NCBI GenBank assembly: GCA_965202985.1
Contig: CBDBCF010000001.1
Span: 1,408,001-1,472,000, forward strand
Length of the DNA stretch: 64,000 nt
Origin: Longimicrobiales bacterium
GTDB taxonomy: Bacteria > Gemmatimonadota > Gemmatimonadetes > Longimicrobiales > Gaopeijiaceae
Direction of reading: 5' to 3'
Positions 9,894-22,667 of this stretch are shown here, in pieces (the first letter of the stretch is position 1; each line of letters starts with the position of its first letter). Made by a program: the position numbers and the translations under genes. The notes beneath the pieces were generated by a model. It saw only the letters and a list, made by a program, of their open reading frames with translations, made no database searches and had not been told where the DNA came from.

Positions 9894-11692
9894 GCGTCTA
9901 CCGAAGGCTCCTCGCCTACTTGGCGCCCCACCGCGCGTCGTTCCTCGGGGCGATCGTCCTGGCCGCCGTGGTAGCCGTCCTGGACACGTTCTCCGTCCTG
10001 CTGCTCATTCCCTTCCTGGACGCCATCTTCGGCGCCGGCGCCGTTTCCGAGCCGCAAGAACCGAACGCGGTGACGCTGGCGCTGGACTGGACGATCGGGC
10101 GGTTGGTGGACCTGGACGGGGACCCCTTGGTGGTCGTCGGCGGCGTGATCCTCTTGATCTTGGCCGTGGTGGCGGTCAAGAACGTGGCCGAGTTCGGGCG
10201 CGCGTACCTGTCCGCTCGGGTGGAGCAAGGGGTGGCTCGCGACTTGCGCAACCGCGTGTACGGGCACCTGCTGGGCGTCGATCTGGGCTTCTTCGGACGC
10301 ACGCGCACGGGCCAGATCGTCTCTCGGCTGACCACCGACATCGACCAGATTCGTTCGCTGGTCATGGGTCAGATCGCCAAGGGCATGGCGTCGGTCTTTC
10401 AGGTGGTGGCGGTGCTCGCGGGGATGCTCCTGCAGTCCGGGCGACTGACGGCGGCGGCCCTTGTCGTCGCGCCGCTGACTCTGGTGGTGTGGGGTCCGTT
10501 CATGCGGCGACTGCGGGGAAGGAACCGTCGCGTGCTGGACGTGGCCGGCGAGGTCGGGTCGCACGTGCAAGAGACCGTGTCGGGGATCCGCTTGGTCAAG
10601 TCCGCCACGGCCGAGCGCCGCGAGCAGCAACGCTTCGGCGGCCTGACGGCGGCCCACTACGCCGCCTTCCTGCGCACGGTTCGCCTGAGCGCCCTGGCTC
10701 GGCCGGTCACCGAGATCGTCGCCGGCCTGGGCACGGCGCTGATCCTTTGGTACGGATCGCGAATCGTGGTGGACGGCGGCATGTCCGGCAGCACCTTCAT
10801 CAGCTTCCTCTTCCTCAGCACGCGCCTCTACGGCCCGGTCAAGCAGCTCAGCCAGCTGCCCGCCGTGCTTTCGCCGGGGCTCGCGGCGGCGGATCGAATC
10901 TTCGAGTTCTTGGACGTGCCCGTCGAGGCCAGGGGCCGGGTCGGCGCTCGACCCTTTGCCGGCGTGGGCTCGGGGATCCGCTACCGGAACGTGTCGCTCG
11001 AGTACCGGGAAGGCCGTCCGGTGCTCGAGGGGATCGACTTGCGCGTGGCCAAGGGCTCCGTGGCCGCGCTGGTGGGCCGAAGCGGGGCCGGCAAGACCAG
11101 CATCGTCGACCTTCTGGGGCGGTTCTTCGACCCGTCCGCAGGCAGCGTCGAGATCGACGGCAGGGACCTGCGCGACTACGACTTGGCGTCGCTGCGGCGC
11201 AGTTTGGGGATCGTGTCCCAGGAGACGGTCCTGTTTCACGACACGGTGCGGGCCAACATGGCGTACGGAACCGAGGGCGCGTCGGACGACGAGGTTCGCA
11301 AGGCGGCTCGGGCGGCGCACGCGCACGATTTCGTCATGGCCCTTCCGCAGGGCTACGACACGGTGGTAGGCGAACGGGGCGTCAGCCTGTCCGGCGGAGA
11401 GCGGCAAAGGGTGGCGCTGGCCCGCACGATCTTGCGCGACCCGCCGATCCTCGTCCTGGACGAGGCCACGAGTTCGCTGGACATGGAGTCGGAACGCCTT
11501 GTGCAAGAGGCGATGGGGCGCCTGATGGCCGGGCGCACCGCGTTCGTGATCGCGCACCGCTTGGCCACGATTCGCCGGGCCGACGTGATCTTCGTCGTGG
11601 ACGAGGGGCGGGTCGTGCAGCAGGGGCGCCACGAGGAGCTGGTCGAGCGGAGCGGCCTCTATCGTCACCTGCAGGAGCTTCAGTTCCGTTGA
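9890..11692 (+). CDS. msbA: ABC transporter permease/ATP-binding protein, MsbA-like exporter
   Basis: N-terminal ABC TM domain; GRSGAGKT, LSGGERQR, ILVLDEATS, IAHRL. ATG overlaps the porX stop; adjacent to a lipid A acyltransferase. Confidence 0.85.
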   Translation: MSVYRRLLAYLAPHRASFLGAIVLAAVVAVLDTFSVLLLIPFLDAIFGAGAVSEPQEPNAVTLALDWTIGRLVDLDGDPLVVVGGVILLILAVVAVKNVAEFGRAYLSARVEQGVARDLRNRVYGHLLGVDLGFFGRTRTGQIVSRLTTDIDQIRSLVMGQIAKGMASVFQVVAVLAGMLLQSGRLTAAALVVAPLTLVVWGPFMRRLRGRNRRVLDVAGEVGSHVQETVSGIRLVKSATAERREQQRFGGLTAAHYAAFLRTVRLSALARPVTEIVAGLGTALILWYGSRIVVDGGMSGSTFISFLFLSTRLYGPVKQLSQLPAVLSPGLAAADRIFEFLDVPVEARGRVGARPFAGVGSGIRYRNVSLEYREGRPVLEGIDLRVAKGSVAALVGRSGAGKTSIVDLLGRFFDPSAGSVEIDGRDLRDYDLASLRRSLGIVSQETVLFHDTVRANMAYGTEGASDDEVRKAARAAHAHDFVMALPQGYDTVVGERGVSLSGGERQRVALARTILRDPPILVLDEATSSLDMESERLVQEAMGRLMAGRTAFVIAHRLATIRRADVIFVVDEGRVVQQGRHEELVERSGLYRHLQELQFR

Positions 11693-12696
11693 GCCGCGAG
11701 CTGTGGCGCGAAGCGTCCTGGCGGCACCGGCTGGAGTACGCCGCGTTTCGGTTGGTGACCGGGGCGTTCGGCGCGGCCCCCGAGGGGTTGGCGGACCGGG
11801 GCGGCGCCGGGCTGGGTTGGTTGGCGGCTCGGGTCGGCAAGCCGCGGTGGGGGGTCGTGAGCGACCAGCTGGCGAAGGCGTTTCCGGAGGCCGACGACCG
11901 GTGGCGTCGGGACGTGGGCCGGCGTTGCTACGCTCACCTGGGGGCGGAAGCGGTGGCGATGCTCCGCCTGGCCCGGCTGGACAGCCGCAAGGTCCTGGAG
12001 CGGACGCGCATGGTCGGGCGGGAGGTCTTGGAGGAGGCCGCCGAGGCCGGCCGGGGGATCTTGCTCGTGACCGCCCACTTCGGGAACTGGGAGCTGGCCG
12101 GCGCGTCGATCACCGCCCGAGGGTTCCCGCTGGACGTGGTGGCCGCCCGTCAGCGCAACCTGCTCTTCGACCGGCGCGTGAACCTGTCGCGCGAGGGGCT
12201 GGGAATGCGCGTCATCCCCAGGGGAGACGCCCGGCGGGGTGTGCTGGAGTCGCTGCGCGCAGGACGGTTCGTGGGCATCTTGGGCGACCAGGACGCGCGT
12301 CGGGCCGGCGTCTTCGTGGACTTCTTCGGACGGCCGGCAGCCACGGCCCGAGGACCGGCTCTCCTGGCCTTGCGCGCCGGCGCGCCCCTGGCCACCACCT
12401 TCTGCACCCGGCTGCCCGGACGAAAGCCGCGCTACGAAGTCCGGATCGAGCGTCTGCCCCCGCCCGTTTCCGGCGACGACGCCGGGGCGCCCGGCGGGCC
12501 AGCGGCGCAAGGCGGCCGCGTCGGGTTCGGCAACCTCGCCGCCCTCGTCGCGGCTCTGACCCAGGCGCACACGTCGCGGCTGGAAGCGCTGGTGCGCAGC
12601 CGTCCCGAGCAGTACTTCTGGCTTCACCGGCGCTGGAAGACGCCGCCGCCGGAGGCCGCCGAGGGAACTTTTTCGGTGCAGCGTGGTATAGATTGA
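11689..12696 (+). CDS. Lipid A biosynthesis acyltransferase (HtrB/LpxL family)
   Basis: LVTAHFGNWE, ILGDQD, VFVDFFGRPAAT, RPEQYFWLHRRWK. TTG start overlaps the upstream stop. Confidence 0.9.
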   Translation: MSRELWREASWRHRLEYAAFRLVTGAFGAAPEGLADRGGAGLGWLAARVGKPRWGVVSDQLAKAFPEADDRWRRDVGRRCYAHLGAEAVAMLRLARLDSRKVLERTRMVGREVLEEAAEAGRGILLVTAHFGNWELAGASITARGFPLDVVAARQRNLLFDRRVNLSREGLGMRVIPRGDARRGVLESLRAGRFVGILGDQDARRAGVFVDFFGRPAATARGPALLALRAGAPLATTFCTRLPGRKPRYEVRIERLPPPVSGDDAGAPGGPAAQGGRVGFGNLAALVAALTQAHTSRLEALVRSRPEQYFWLHRRWKTPPPEAAEGTFSVQRGID

Positions 12697-12766
12697 ACGA
12701 CCGGCCGGAGTCGCTTCCGGCCGGCGCTCGACAAGTGCCCGCGCGTCGCGACCGAGGCAAACCGTC

Positions 12767-14443
12767 ATGGTATACATCTGCATTCCGACACGAGACGAAG
12801 ACCGGACGATCGGCGTCCTGCTGTGGAAGATCCGCAGCGTCATGCAGGAACTGGGCAGGGACTACGCCGTCCTGGTCTTCGACGACGGATCCACCGACCG
12901 GACCCGTTCCCTGCTGAACACGTACAAGCGCTTCTTGCCCCTGACGATCCTGGGCCGCAAGCGCCCCGTCGGCTATGGCGCCGCCCTGGAACACCTGTTT
13001 CGCGCGGTCGCGGCCCGGACCCGGTACCCGAAGCGAGACGCCGTCGTCGTCATGCAGGGCGACTTCACCGACCACCCCGGCGACCTGGACGCCCTGTTCA
13101 AGCCGTTCGAGGGCGGGGCCGACATCGTGGCGGGCAAGCCGGAGCCCGATGCTCCGGGCGCTCCAGGGGGGGCTTCGGGCACCGCCGGATCGCCCTGGCA
13201 CGTGCGGCTGGCCAGGAGGCTTGGGGGCGCGGTGCTGGGCCGGGCGCAGCTGGCCGAGGCCGGGAGCGGGGACCCGTTCTGCGGCTATCGCGCCTACCGC
13301 GCCGTGGTGGTCCGGAAGGCCCTGGAGGCTTGCGGCGACGGGCCGCTGCTGGAGCGGTCCGGGTGGGCGGCCAACGCCGAGCTGATGGCCAAGCTGACCC
13401 CCCTCGCGCGACGGGTCGCCGAGGCGCCGGTCAGGGTTCGATACGACATTCGCTGGAGGCGGAGCCGCGTGCGCTTGCTTCCCACGGTTGCGGAGATCCT
13501 GCGGCTGCGGCGGTCGGTGCGCGGGCTTCGCGGCGGTGCGCCGGGGCTGGCGTTGTCGCTGCTGCTCGCGGCCGCTTGGCCCGGCGGGGGCGCCTTGGCG
13601 CAGAACGGCGTCAGCGCGAAGCCGAAGCTGCTGCTGGATTCGCTTGCGACGCCAGTGCATTCGGTGTCCGCGGTGCCGTTCGAGCTGGGCGAGGACCTGC
13701 GGTACAAGGTCAAGGTGATGGTGTTCACCGCCGGCGAAGGACGGATGACCGTGGCCCGGATCGACACTGTGCGCAACGCTCCCGCCTATGCCGCCGAATG
13801 GCACATCCAGGGCGGCTTCCTGGGCTATCGCATCGACTCCAAGTTCTACTCGTGGATGGACACGGAGACGCTGGTTTCCCGCCGTTTCATGAAGGACCAG
13901 CACGAGGGCGGGCGCAAGCGGTACCGCGAGTACGACTTCTTCCCCGAAGAGCGCCGCTGGCACCGGATCGACTACGACACGACCGCCACGCTGCCCACAT
14001 CCTTGCCGTTGGACGACGTGTCCTTCGTCTACTACGCCCGCACCCTGCCTCTGGTCGTGGGCGAGACGTACACGCTCAACCGCTACTTCAAGGAAGAAGG
14101 CAACCCGGTGGTCATCAAGGTGCTGCGCAAGGACCGCCGCGAAGTGGGGGCCGGCGAGTTCAACACCATCGTGGTGCAGCCCTCGATCCGAACGCGGGGC
14201 CTGTTCTCCGAAGGCGGACACGCCGAGATCCACTTCTCGGACGACGAGCGGCGGCTGATCGTCTACATGAAGGTCGATCTGCCCTTGGTCGGAACGTTGA
14301 GCCTCCACTTGGAGGAGATCGGCACCGCGGCCGCGGCGGTCGGCGACACGGCCGCGACGGCCGGGGAATCAGCCGCGGCGATCGGTGTCGGCGCCCCCGG
14401 CGGACGGGACGGCCGCGAAGCCGCCGCTCGGGACCGTCGCTAG
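12767..14443 (+). CDS. Glycosyltransferase family 2 domain fused to DUF3108-like beta-rich domain
   Basis: VYICIPTRDE, VFDDGSTD, DPFCGYRAY (GT2); internal hydrophobic segment LALSLLLAAAW...ALAQ; then VPFELGEDLRYKV, PLDDVSFVYYARTLPL, EVGAGEFNTIVVQP, IHFSDDERR. Confidence 0.82.
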   Translation: MVYICIPTRDEDRTIGVLLWKIRSVMQELGRDYAVLVFDDGSTDRTRSLLNTYKRFLPLTILGRKRPVGYGAALEHLFRAVAARTRYPKRDAVVVMQGDFTDHPGDLDALFKPFEGGADIVAGKPEPDAPGAPGGASGTAGSPWHVRLARRLGGAVLGRAQLAEAGSGDPFCGYRAYRAVVVRKALEACGDGPLLERSGWAANAELMAKLTPLARRVAEAPVRVRYDIRWRRSRVRLLPTVAEILRLRRSVRGLRGGAPGLALSLLLAAAWPGGGALAQNGVSAKPKLLLDSLATPVHSVSAVPFELGEDLRYKVKVMVFTAGEGRMTVARIDTVRNAPAYAAEWHIQGGFLGYRIDSKFYSWMDTETLVSRRFMKDQHEGGRKRYREYDFFPEERRWHRIDYDTTATLPTSLPLDDVSFVYYARTLPLVVGETYTLNRYFKEEGNPVVIKVLRKDRREVGAGEFNTIVVQPSIRTRGLFSEGGHAEIHFSDDERRLIVYMKVDLPLVGTLSLHLEEIGTAAAAVGDTAATAGESAAAIGVGAPGGRDGREAAARDRR

Positions 14444-15083
14444 CGGAGAACCGGCGCTGGAAGGCGCGAGGCCCGCGCCGAAGACCGGCTCCCGGGCGCC
14501 CCGTCTGTCGGCCGCTTGGCTCTTGGCCGCCGCCTTTTTCTGGTTGGCGCGCCCAGGCGCGTACTCGCTGGTGGCGGGGGGCGCGGTCGTTTTGGCCGGA
14601 CTGGCGCTTCGCGCATGGGCGGCCGGCGTGCTGGAAAAGGATTGGCAGCTCACCGTGTCGGGACCCTACGCCTTCACGCGCAACCCCTTGTACTTGGGAA
14701 GCTTCGTGGTCGGCGTGGGCGCGGCGGTGGCCGGAGGCGTCCCCTGGTTCGCCCTGTTGTTCGTCGCCTTCTTCGGCTTCGCCTACGGCCGAACGATGGC
14801 CGCCGAGAGTCGAGACCTGGAGGCCCGCTTCGGCGAACGTCACGCTCAGTACCGCAATGCCGTCCCGCTCTTCCTGCCTCGGTGTCGCCCGTACCGGCAT
14901 CCGGCACGGTCGATGATCGCGCCGGACCTGGCCGAAGGTCGGGATCTGGCCGGAACGTCGGGGCCGGCGGCAACGTCTTTCTCGCTTCGCCGCTACGCGC
15001 GCAACAAAGAGTACGAGGCAGCGCTGGGCGCGATGGCGGGGTTCGGCGGGCTGGCCGCGAAGGCGGTGGGGTGGTGGGGATAG
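14385..15083 (+). CDS. Isoprenylcysteine carboxyl methyltransferase/PEMT family membrane protein (start uncertain)
   Basis: [39 protein letters not shown]...VPLFLP. Confidence 0.85.
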   Translation: MSAPPADGTAAKPPLGTVASGEPALEGARPAPKTGSRAPRLSAAWLLAAAFFWLARPGAYSLVAGGAVVLAGLALRAWAAGVLEKDWQLTVSGPYAFTRNPLYLGSFVVGVGAAVAGGVPWFALLFVAFFGFAYGRTMAAESRDLEARFGERHAQYRNAVPLFLPRCRPYRHPARSMIAPDLAEGRDLAGTSGPAATSFSLRRYARNKEYEAALGAMAGFGGLAAKAVGWWG

Positions 15084-15206
15084 GGGCCAGACTCCGAAGC
15101 TTCCCCTTGCGTCGGCCACCCCCGGCGCCCCATCCTGCCGAGTGTCGCCCGGCGGGTCGGACAACGCTCGGACCCGCACGGCTCCCCTCGAACACAGGAA
15201 GGCGCC

Positions 15207-15709
15207 ATGCCAGCGATCACCATGACTGTGAACGGAGCCCAGCGGACGGCCACGGCCGAAAACCGCACGCTGCTGGCGGACTTCCTTCGCGAGCAGTTGG
15301 GCCTGACCGGCACCCATGTCGGGTGCGACACCAGCCAGTGCGGCGCGTGCGTCGTGCACGTGGACGGCGCGTCGGTGAAGAGCTGCACGCTCCTGGCGGT
15401 GGAGGCGGCGGGCGCGAGCGTGACCACGATCGAAGGGCTGGCCAACGGCGTCGGACTGCACCCCATGCAGGAGGCGTTCCGGGAGCACCACGGGCTCCAG
15501 TGCGGCTTCTGCACGCCGGGCATGGTCATGAGCGCGGTGGACTTGGCCGGTCGGAACCCGAACCCCGGCGAGCACGAAGTTCGCGAGTGGCTGGAGGGGA
15601 ACCTCTGCCGATGCACCGGCTACCACAACATCGTGAAGGCCGTTCAGGCGGGGGCGCGAGCGCAGGCGGCACGGGCCGACCAACAGGCCGCACCGGAAGG
15701 AGGCGCTTC

Positions 15710-15713
<4 letters not shown>
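15207..15713 (+). CDS. coxS: (2Fe-2S) small subunit of CO dehydrogenase/xanthine dehydrogenase family
   Basis: [10 protein letters not shown]...[20 protein letters not shown]. Confidence 0.95.
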
Positions 15714-18115
<2,402 letters not shown>

Positions 18116-18145
18116 CGGCCCGCGACACCGACAAGGAGACGACCC

Positions 18146-19000
18146 ATGAACGACTTTCGGTACCACGCGCCGGACTCGGTGGACGACGCGCTGCGACTTC
18201 TGCAAGGCGCCGACGACGGCAAGCTGCTGGCCGGCGGCATGAGCCTTTTGCCGCTCATGAAGTTGAACTTGGCCGCGCCCAGCGACGTGATCTCGCTGGC
18301 CAACGTGCCCGGGCTGAGCGAGATCGCGGAGCGCGACAGCCAAGCGTACGGCGAAGGCGCCTATGGCCAGGGGGCTTACAGCGGCACCGGGCACACGCAT
18401 ATCGAAATCGGCGCCCTGTGCACGCACGACCAGGCAGCGGCGTCTTCGGCGGTTCGGCGCAGGATACCGGCGCTAGCGGAGATGGCCTCCGGTATCGGCG
18501 ACCCCCAGGTGCGCAATCGCGGCACGATCGGCGGCTCTCTCGCCCACAACGATCCGGCGGCGGACTATCCGGCGGCGTGCCTGGCGCTGGGCGCTTCGGT
18601 AACGACCGACCGACGCGAGCTGACGGCGGACGACTTCTTCCAGGGCATGTTCGCCACGGCCTTGGAAGACGACGAGATCGTCGTGTCGGTGCGCTTCCCC
18701 GTGCCGGAGCGGGCGGGGTGGGCCAAGTTCGCCAACCCGGCATCCAAGTACGCGGTGGCCGGCGTCATGGTCGCGCAAGGGCCGGCTGGAACGCGGGTCG
18801 CGGTGACCGGGGCGTCGGGAGACGGCGCGTTTCGGGCGGGGAACATGGAAACGGCGCTGTCGCGGTCGTTCGCAGCCGGAGCGCTGGACGACGTCGAGGT
18901 GTCGCCGGACGAGATGCTGTCGGACGGCGCCGCCGGCCCCGAGTACCGCGCCCACTTGGTGCGGGTCATGGCGAAGCGCGCCGTGGAGGCTTGCGCATAG
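18146..19000 (+). CDS. coxM: FAD-binding medium subunit (CoxM)
   Basis: LLAGGMSLLP, IGDPQVRNRGTIGGSLAHNDPAAD, KFANPASKYA, EYRAHL. Confidence 0.94.
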   Translation: MNDFRYHAPDSVDDALRLLQGADDGKLLAGGMSLLPLMKLNLAAPSDVISLANVPGLSEIAERDSQAYGEGAYGQGAYSGTGHTHIEIGALCTHDQAAASSAVRRRIPALAEMASGIGDPQVRNRGTIGGSLAHNDPAADYPAACLALGASVTTDRRELTADDFFQGMFATALEDDEIVVSVRFPVPERAGWAKFANPASKYAVAGVMVAQGPAGTRVAVTGASGDGAFRAGNMETALSRSFAAGALDDVEVSPDEMLSDGAAGPEYRAHLVRVMAKRAVEACA

Positions 19001-19011
19001 CGGGTCCCGCC

Positions 19012-19947
19012 GTGCGCGCCAACTCGGCGGTGCGCCCCAACTCGGCGGAGGACGCTGTGGCTCTGCTCCAGGGCCAGGGCTACGTGGCCGACGCCGCTTT
19101 GGGAACGGCCCTCTTCCTGTCTGTGGAGCTGGGCCGCCCTCTGTTGCTGGAGGGTGAAGCCGGCGTCGGCAAGACCGAGGTGGCCAAGACGTTGTCCGCC
19201 GGCCTGAATCGCCGGCTGGTGCGCCTTCAGTGCTATGAAGGACTGGACTTGGCGTCGGCGGCCTACGAGTGGAACTACGCCAAGCAGATGATCCACATCC
19301 GGGCGGCGGAAGGCGGCGACCGCGGGACGGAGGGCCTCGCGGCCCGTGCCCGCGCCCGCGACGCCCTGGCCCGCGACGTGTTCTCCGAGGAGTTCCTCAT
19401 CCGCCGTCCGCTGCTTGCGGCCCTGGACCCGCCGGACGGAAGTGCGCCCGTGCTGCTCATCGACGAGCTGGACCGGACCGACGAGCCGTTCGAGGCCTAC
19501 TTGCTGGAGGTCTTGTCGGACTTTCAGATCACGATCCCCGAACTCGGCACGGTGCGGGCCGCCGCGCCGCCGCTCGTCGTGATCACGTCGAACCGCACGC
19601 GGGAGATTCACGACGCCCTGAAGCGGCGGTGCATCTACCACTGGATCGACTACCCCAGCGCCGCCCGAGAACTGGCGATCCTGGCTTCGAGAGTCCCCGG
19701 TGCGCCCGAGCGACTGGGCGGCCAAGTCGTGGCCTTCGTTCAGAAGGTTCGCGAGATGGACCTGTTCAAGCCCCCCGGCGTCGCCGAGACGCTGGACTGG
19801 ACCCGGGCGCTCATGGCCTTGGACCGCCACGCGCTGGACCGGGAGACCGCCGGCCGCACGCTGGGCGTTCTTCTCAAGTACCAGGACGACCTGGAGCGGA
19901 TGGCGGAGGGAGGCTTGGCGGAGGCGCTGGAGGCGGCGCACCCGTAG
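19012..19947 (+). CDS. coxD: MoxR-family AAA ATPase (CoxD)
   Basis: LLEGEAGVGKT, LQCYEGLD, YEWNY, LLIDELDR, TSNRTREIHDALKRRC. GTG start at 19012 or 19030. Confidence 0.93.
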   Translation: MRANSAVRPNSAEDAVALLQGQGYVADAALGTALFLSVELGRPLLLEGEAGVGKTEVAKTLSAGLNRRLVRLQCYEGLDLASAAYEWNYAKQMIHIRAAEGGDRGTEGLAARARARDALARDVFSEEFLIRRPLLAALDPPDGSAPVLLIDELDRTDEPFEAYLLEVLSDFQITIPELGTVRAAAPPLVVITSNRTREIHDALKRRCIYHWIDYPSAARELAILASRVPGAPERLGGQVVAFVQKVREMDLFKPPGVAETLDWTRALMALDRHALDRETAGRTLGVLLKYQDDLERMAEGGLAEALEAAHP

Positions 19948-19950
19948 GCG

Positions 19951-21129
19951 ATGGCGCCGGGCAAGCTGCCGGAGAACGTGGCCCGTTTCGCGCGGCTCCT
20001 TCGCGCGGCGGGGCTGCCCGCCGGGCCGGGCAATACGATTGCGGCGGTCCGAGCGCTGGCGGCAGTCAACATTGCCGACCGGACCCAGTTCTACTGGGCG
20101 CTCCACGCCACGCTGGTCTCCAAGCGGGAACACCGTCGCATCTTCGACAGCGCCTTCCGGCTGTTCTGGCGCGACCCGTTCGGCGCGGACGAGGCCCTGT
20201 CGGCGCTGCTGTCGGCGTCCACCGTGCCAGGGGCGAAGTCGCCGTCCCGCGCCCCCGCAAGGCTGTCGCCGCCCGGCGCCGCACCGAGCGATTCTCGTCA
20301 AAGGGCGGGCCGGCGGGACGACGCCCAGCGCATGTCGTTCCGTATGGCATACTCGGCCAACGAGGCCCTGCGCAACAAAGACTTCGACGACATGACCGCG
20401 GCCGAAGCCATGAAGGCGCGACAGGCGATCCGTCGCATGCGCTTGAACCTTCGCCCGGTGCACAGCCGCCGGCTTCGGCCCGACCCGCACGGCTCGTCGA
20501 TCGATCTTCGCCGGACGTTGCGCACGAGCTTGCGAACGGCAGGCGACCCCGTGATCCTGCACCGGCGCTCTCCGTCTACTCGGCGCCCGGCGCTGGTGAC
20601 GTTATGCGACATCTCGGGATCGATGGAGCCCTATTCGCGCACCCTGCTTCACTTCTTTCATGCGCTGACGAACGCCGCCGACCGAGTCCACACCTTCGTC
20701 TTCGGGACTCGCTTGACCAACGTGACGCGACTCTTGCGGGACCGGGACGTTGACCGGGCCTTGGGCCGCGTCGGGCGGACCGCCCAAGACTGGTACGGAG
20801 GCACGCGGATCGGCGCGGCGCTGGATGCGTTCAACAGGCACTGGTCTCGGCGCCTGCTCTCCCAAGGGGCGGTCGTGCTGTTGGTCACGGACGGCCTGGA
20901 TCGCGAGGGCGGCGCCGGCATCGGGCGCCAAGCACGCCGACTGCGGCTGTCGTGTCGTCGGCTGGTCTGGCTGAATCCGCTCTTGCGCTACGCGGACTTC
21001 GCGCCCGAAGCCGCCGGAGTCCGGGCGCTGCTGCCCGAGATCGACGAGCACAGGCCCGTGCACAACTTGGTCAGCTTGGCGAGCTTGGCGGAGGCGCTGG
21101 GCCGAATGGACGGGCGGGCGCGTCGCTGA
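19951..21129 (+). CDS. coxE: VWA-domain CoxE-like protein
   Basis: LCDISGSMEPYSR, FVFGTRLTNVT, GGTRIG, VTDGLDR, VWLNPLL. Confidence 0.93.
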   Translation: MAPGKLPENVARFARLLRAAGLPAGPGNTIAAVRALAAVNIADRTQFYWALHATLVSKREHRRIFDSAFRLFWRDPFGADEALSALLSASTVPGAKSPSRAPARLSPPGAAPSDSRQRAGRRDDAQRMSFRMAYSANEALRNKDFDDMTAAEAMKARQAIRRMRLNLRPVHSRRLRPDPHGSSIDLRRTLRTSLRTAGDPVILHRRSPSTRRPALVTLCDISGSMEPYSRTLLHFFHALTNAADRVHTFVFGTRLTNVTRLLRDRDVDRALGRVGRTAQDWYGGTRIGAALDAFNRHWSRRLLSQGAVVLLVTDGLDREGGAGIGRQARRLRLSCRRLVWLNPLLRYADFAPEAAGVRALLPEIDEHRPVHNLVSLASLAEALGRMDGRARR

Positions 21130-21140
21130 ACGAGTTCGAT

Positions 21141-22667
21141 ATGACGCCAAGCCAAAGAGACCCGAACGCGAAGGAAGCCGTGAGCACGGGGGCCAACCCG
21201 CAAGTGGTGGCCGGCAACCGTCGTCCCGTCGCGCGTTCGGTCCGGGAAACGGCCGCCGCGGTGCGCCGGGGCGACGAGAGCGCGGTCCAGCACGTGGAAG
21301 ACGCGATCCGCCGCCACGAGGCCAGCAGCTTGGGCGCCTACTCTTGCTTCGACGCGGAGGGCGCCCGGGCGCAGGCCGAGCGCGTCGACGCCTTGGCGGC
21401 TTCCGGCGGCGATCCGGGGCCGCTGGCCGGCGTCACGGTGTCGGTCAAGGACCTGTACGGCGTGGAGGGACTGCCAATACGGGCCGGAACCAAGCGGGAG
21501 CTGCCCGCGCGCTGGCGGCGGGAGGGGTTCCTGGTGAAGTCGTTGCGCAAGTTGGGCGCGGTGATCGTGGGGAAGACGCACACGGTGGAGCTGGCGTTCG
21601 GCGGCACCGGGTTCAACCCCAACACGGGCACGCCGGCGAACCCCTGGGACGCGGCGGAGCATCGGGTGCCGGGCGGCTCGTCGTCGGGCGCGGGCGTCAG
21701 CCTCTGGGAAGGATCGGCACGGGTTGCGCTGGGCTCGGACACTGGAGGCTCGATCCGGATTCCAGCGTCGGCCGTCGGAGTCGTGGGGCACCGTCAGACG
21801 ACCGGGCGCTGGCCCACCACCGGGGTCGTGCCCTTGAGCAGCACCTTGGACACCGTCGGCTTCCTGACGCACACGGCGGCGGATTCGCAGTACGTGTTTC
21901 GCGCCGTCGATGCGCTCGTCGGGCAGAATGTCGGGCAAGGCGAACGTGGCGGTCGTGGTCGCAGGATCAAGTCGGCCGACGCACCGGCGGTCGGCTCGGC
22001 CCAGGTCGCGGGACTTCGGATCGGCGTGCCCGCGTCTTCCTCGACTTGGCAAGACGCCCGCGCCGATGTGCGCGCCGTCGTGCGCCAAGCCCTGTCGGAG
22101 CTGGAAGAGGCTGGTGCGGTACTGGTGGACTTGGACCTGCCCGAGTACGACGAAGCCGGCCGCCTCTACCTGTCGGGAGGCTTGGTGCCGCCCGAGTGCA
22201 TCGAGTTCTTGGAGCGCGAACTGCCCGAATGGCCCGGCCTTCTGGACCCAACCGTAGGCGCTCGGCTAGATGCCGCCCGCAATGCCCGCGCCGTCGACTA
22301 CGTTCGGATTCTGCGGCGCCGTCGCCGCCTTTCGGAGAGCCTTCATGCCCGGATGGACTCGGCTCGTGTCGGCGCAATGGCGCTCCCAACGCTGCCGATC
22401 GCACCGCCACCCGTCGCCGACCTGGTCGACCTGGACACCTACCGGGAGATCAACCGGCAGATGCTCTCCAACACCGGCCCGGCGGGCATGTTGGACTTGT
22501 GCGCGATAAGCCTCCCGGCCGGTCTGGCCGACGAAAAGATGCCCGTCGGGTTGCAGCTGGCCGGTCGCCGGGGCGCCGATCTGGCGCTACTGGCCGCAGC
22601 CGTGGCCGCCGAGTCGATCTTGGGGACGAACCTCGAGCGGCTGGGCCGGCCGCCGAGGGTCACGTGA
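21141..22667 (+). CDS. Amidase signature family protein
   Basis: PLAGVTVSVKDLY, GKTHTVELAF, PGGSSSG, LGSDTGGSIRIPAS, PVGLQL. Confidence 0.92.
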   Translation: MTPSQRDPNAKEAVSTGANPQVVAGNRRPVARSVRETAAAVRRGDESAVQHVEDAIRRHEASSLGAYSCFDAEGARAQAERVDALAASGGDPGPLAGVTVSVKDLYGVEGLPIRAGTKRELPARWRREGFLVKSLRKLGAVIVGKTHTVELAFGGTGFNPNTGTPANPWDAAEHRVPGGSSSGAGVSLWEGSARVALGSDTGGSIRIPASAVGVVGHRQTTGRWPTTGVVPLSSTLDTVGFLTHTAADSQYVFRAVDALVGQNVGQGERGGRGRRIKSADAPAVGSAQVAGLRIGVPASSSTWQDARADVRAVVRQALSELEEAGAVLVDLDLPEYDEAGRLYLSGGLVPPECIEFLERELPEWPGLLDPTVGARLDAARNARAVDYVRILRRRRRLSESLHARMDSARVGAMALPTLPIAPPPVADLVDLDTYREINRQMLSNTGPAGMLDLCAISLPAGLADEKMPVGLQLAGRRGADLALLAAAVAAESILGTNLERLGRPPRVT

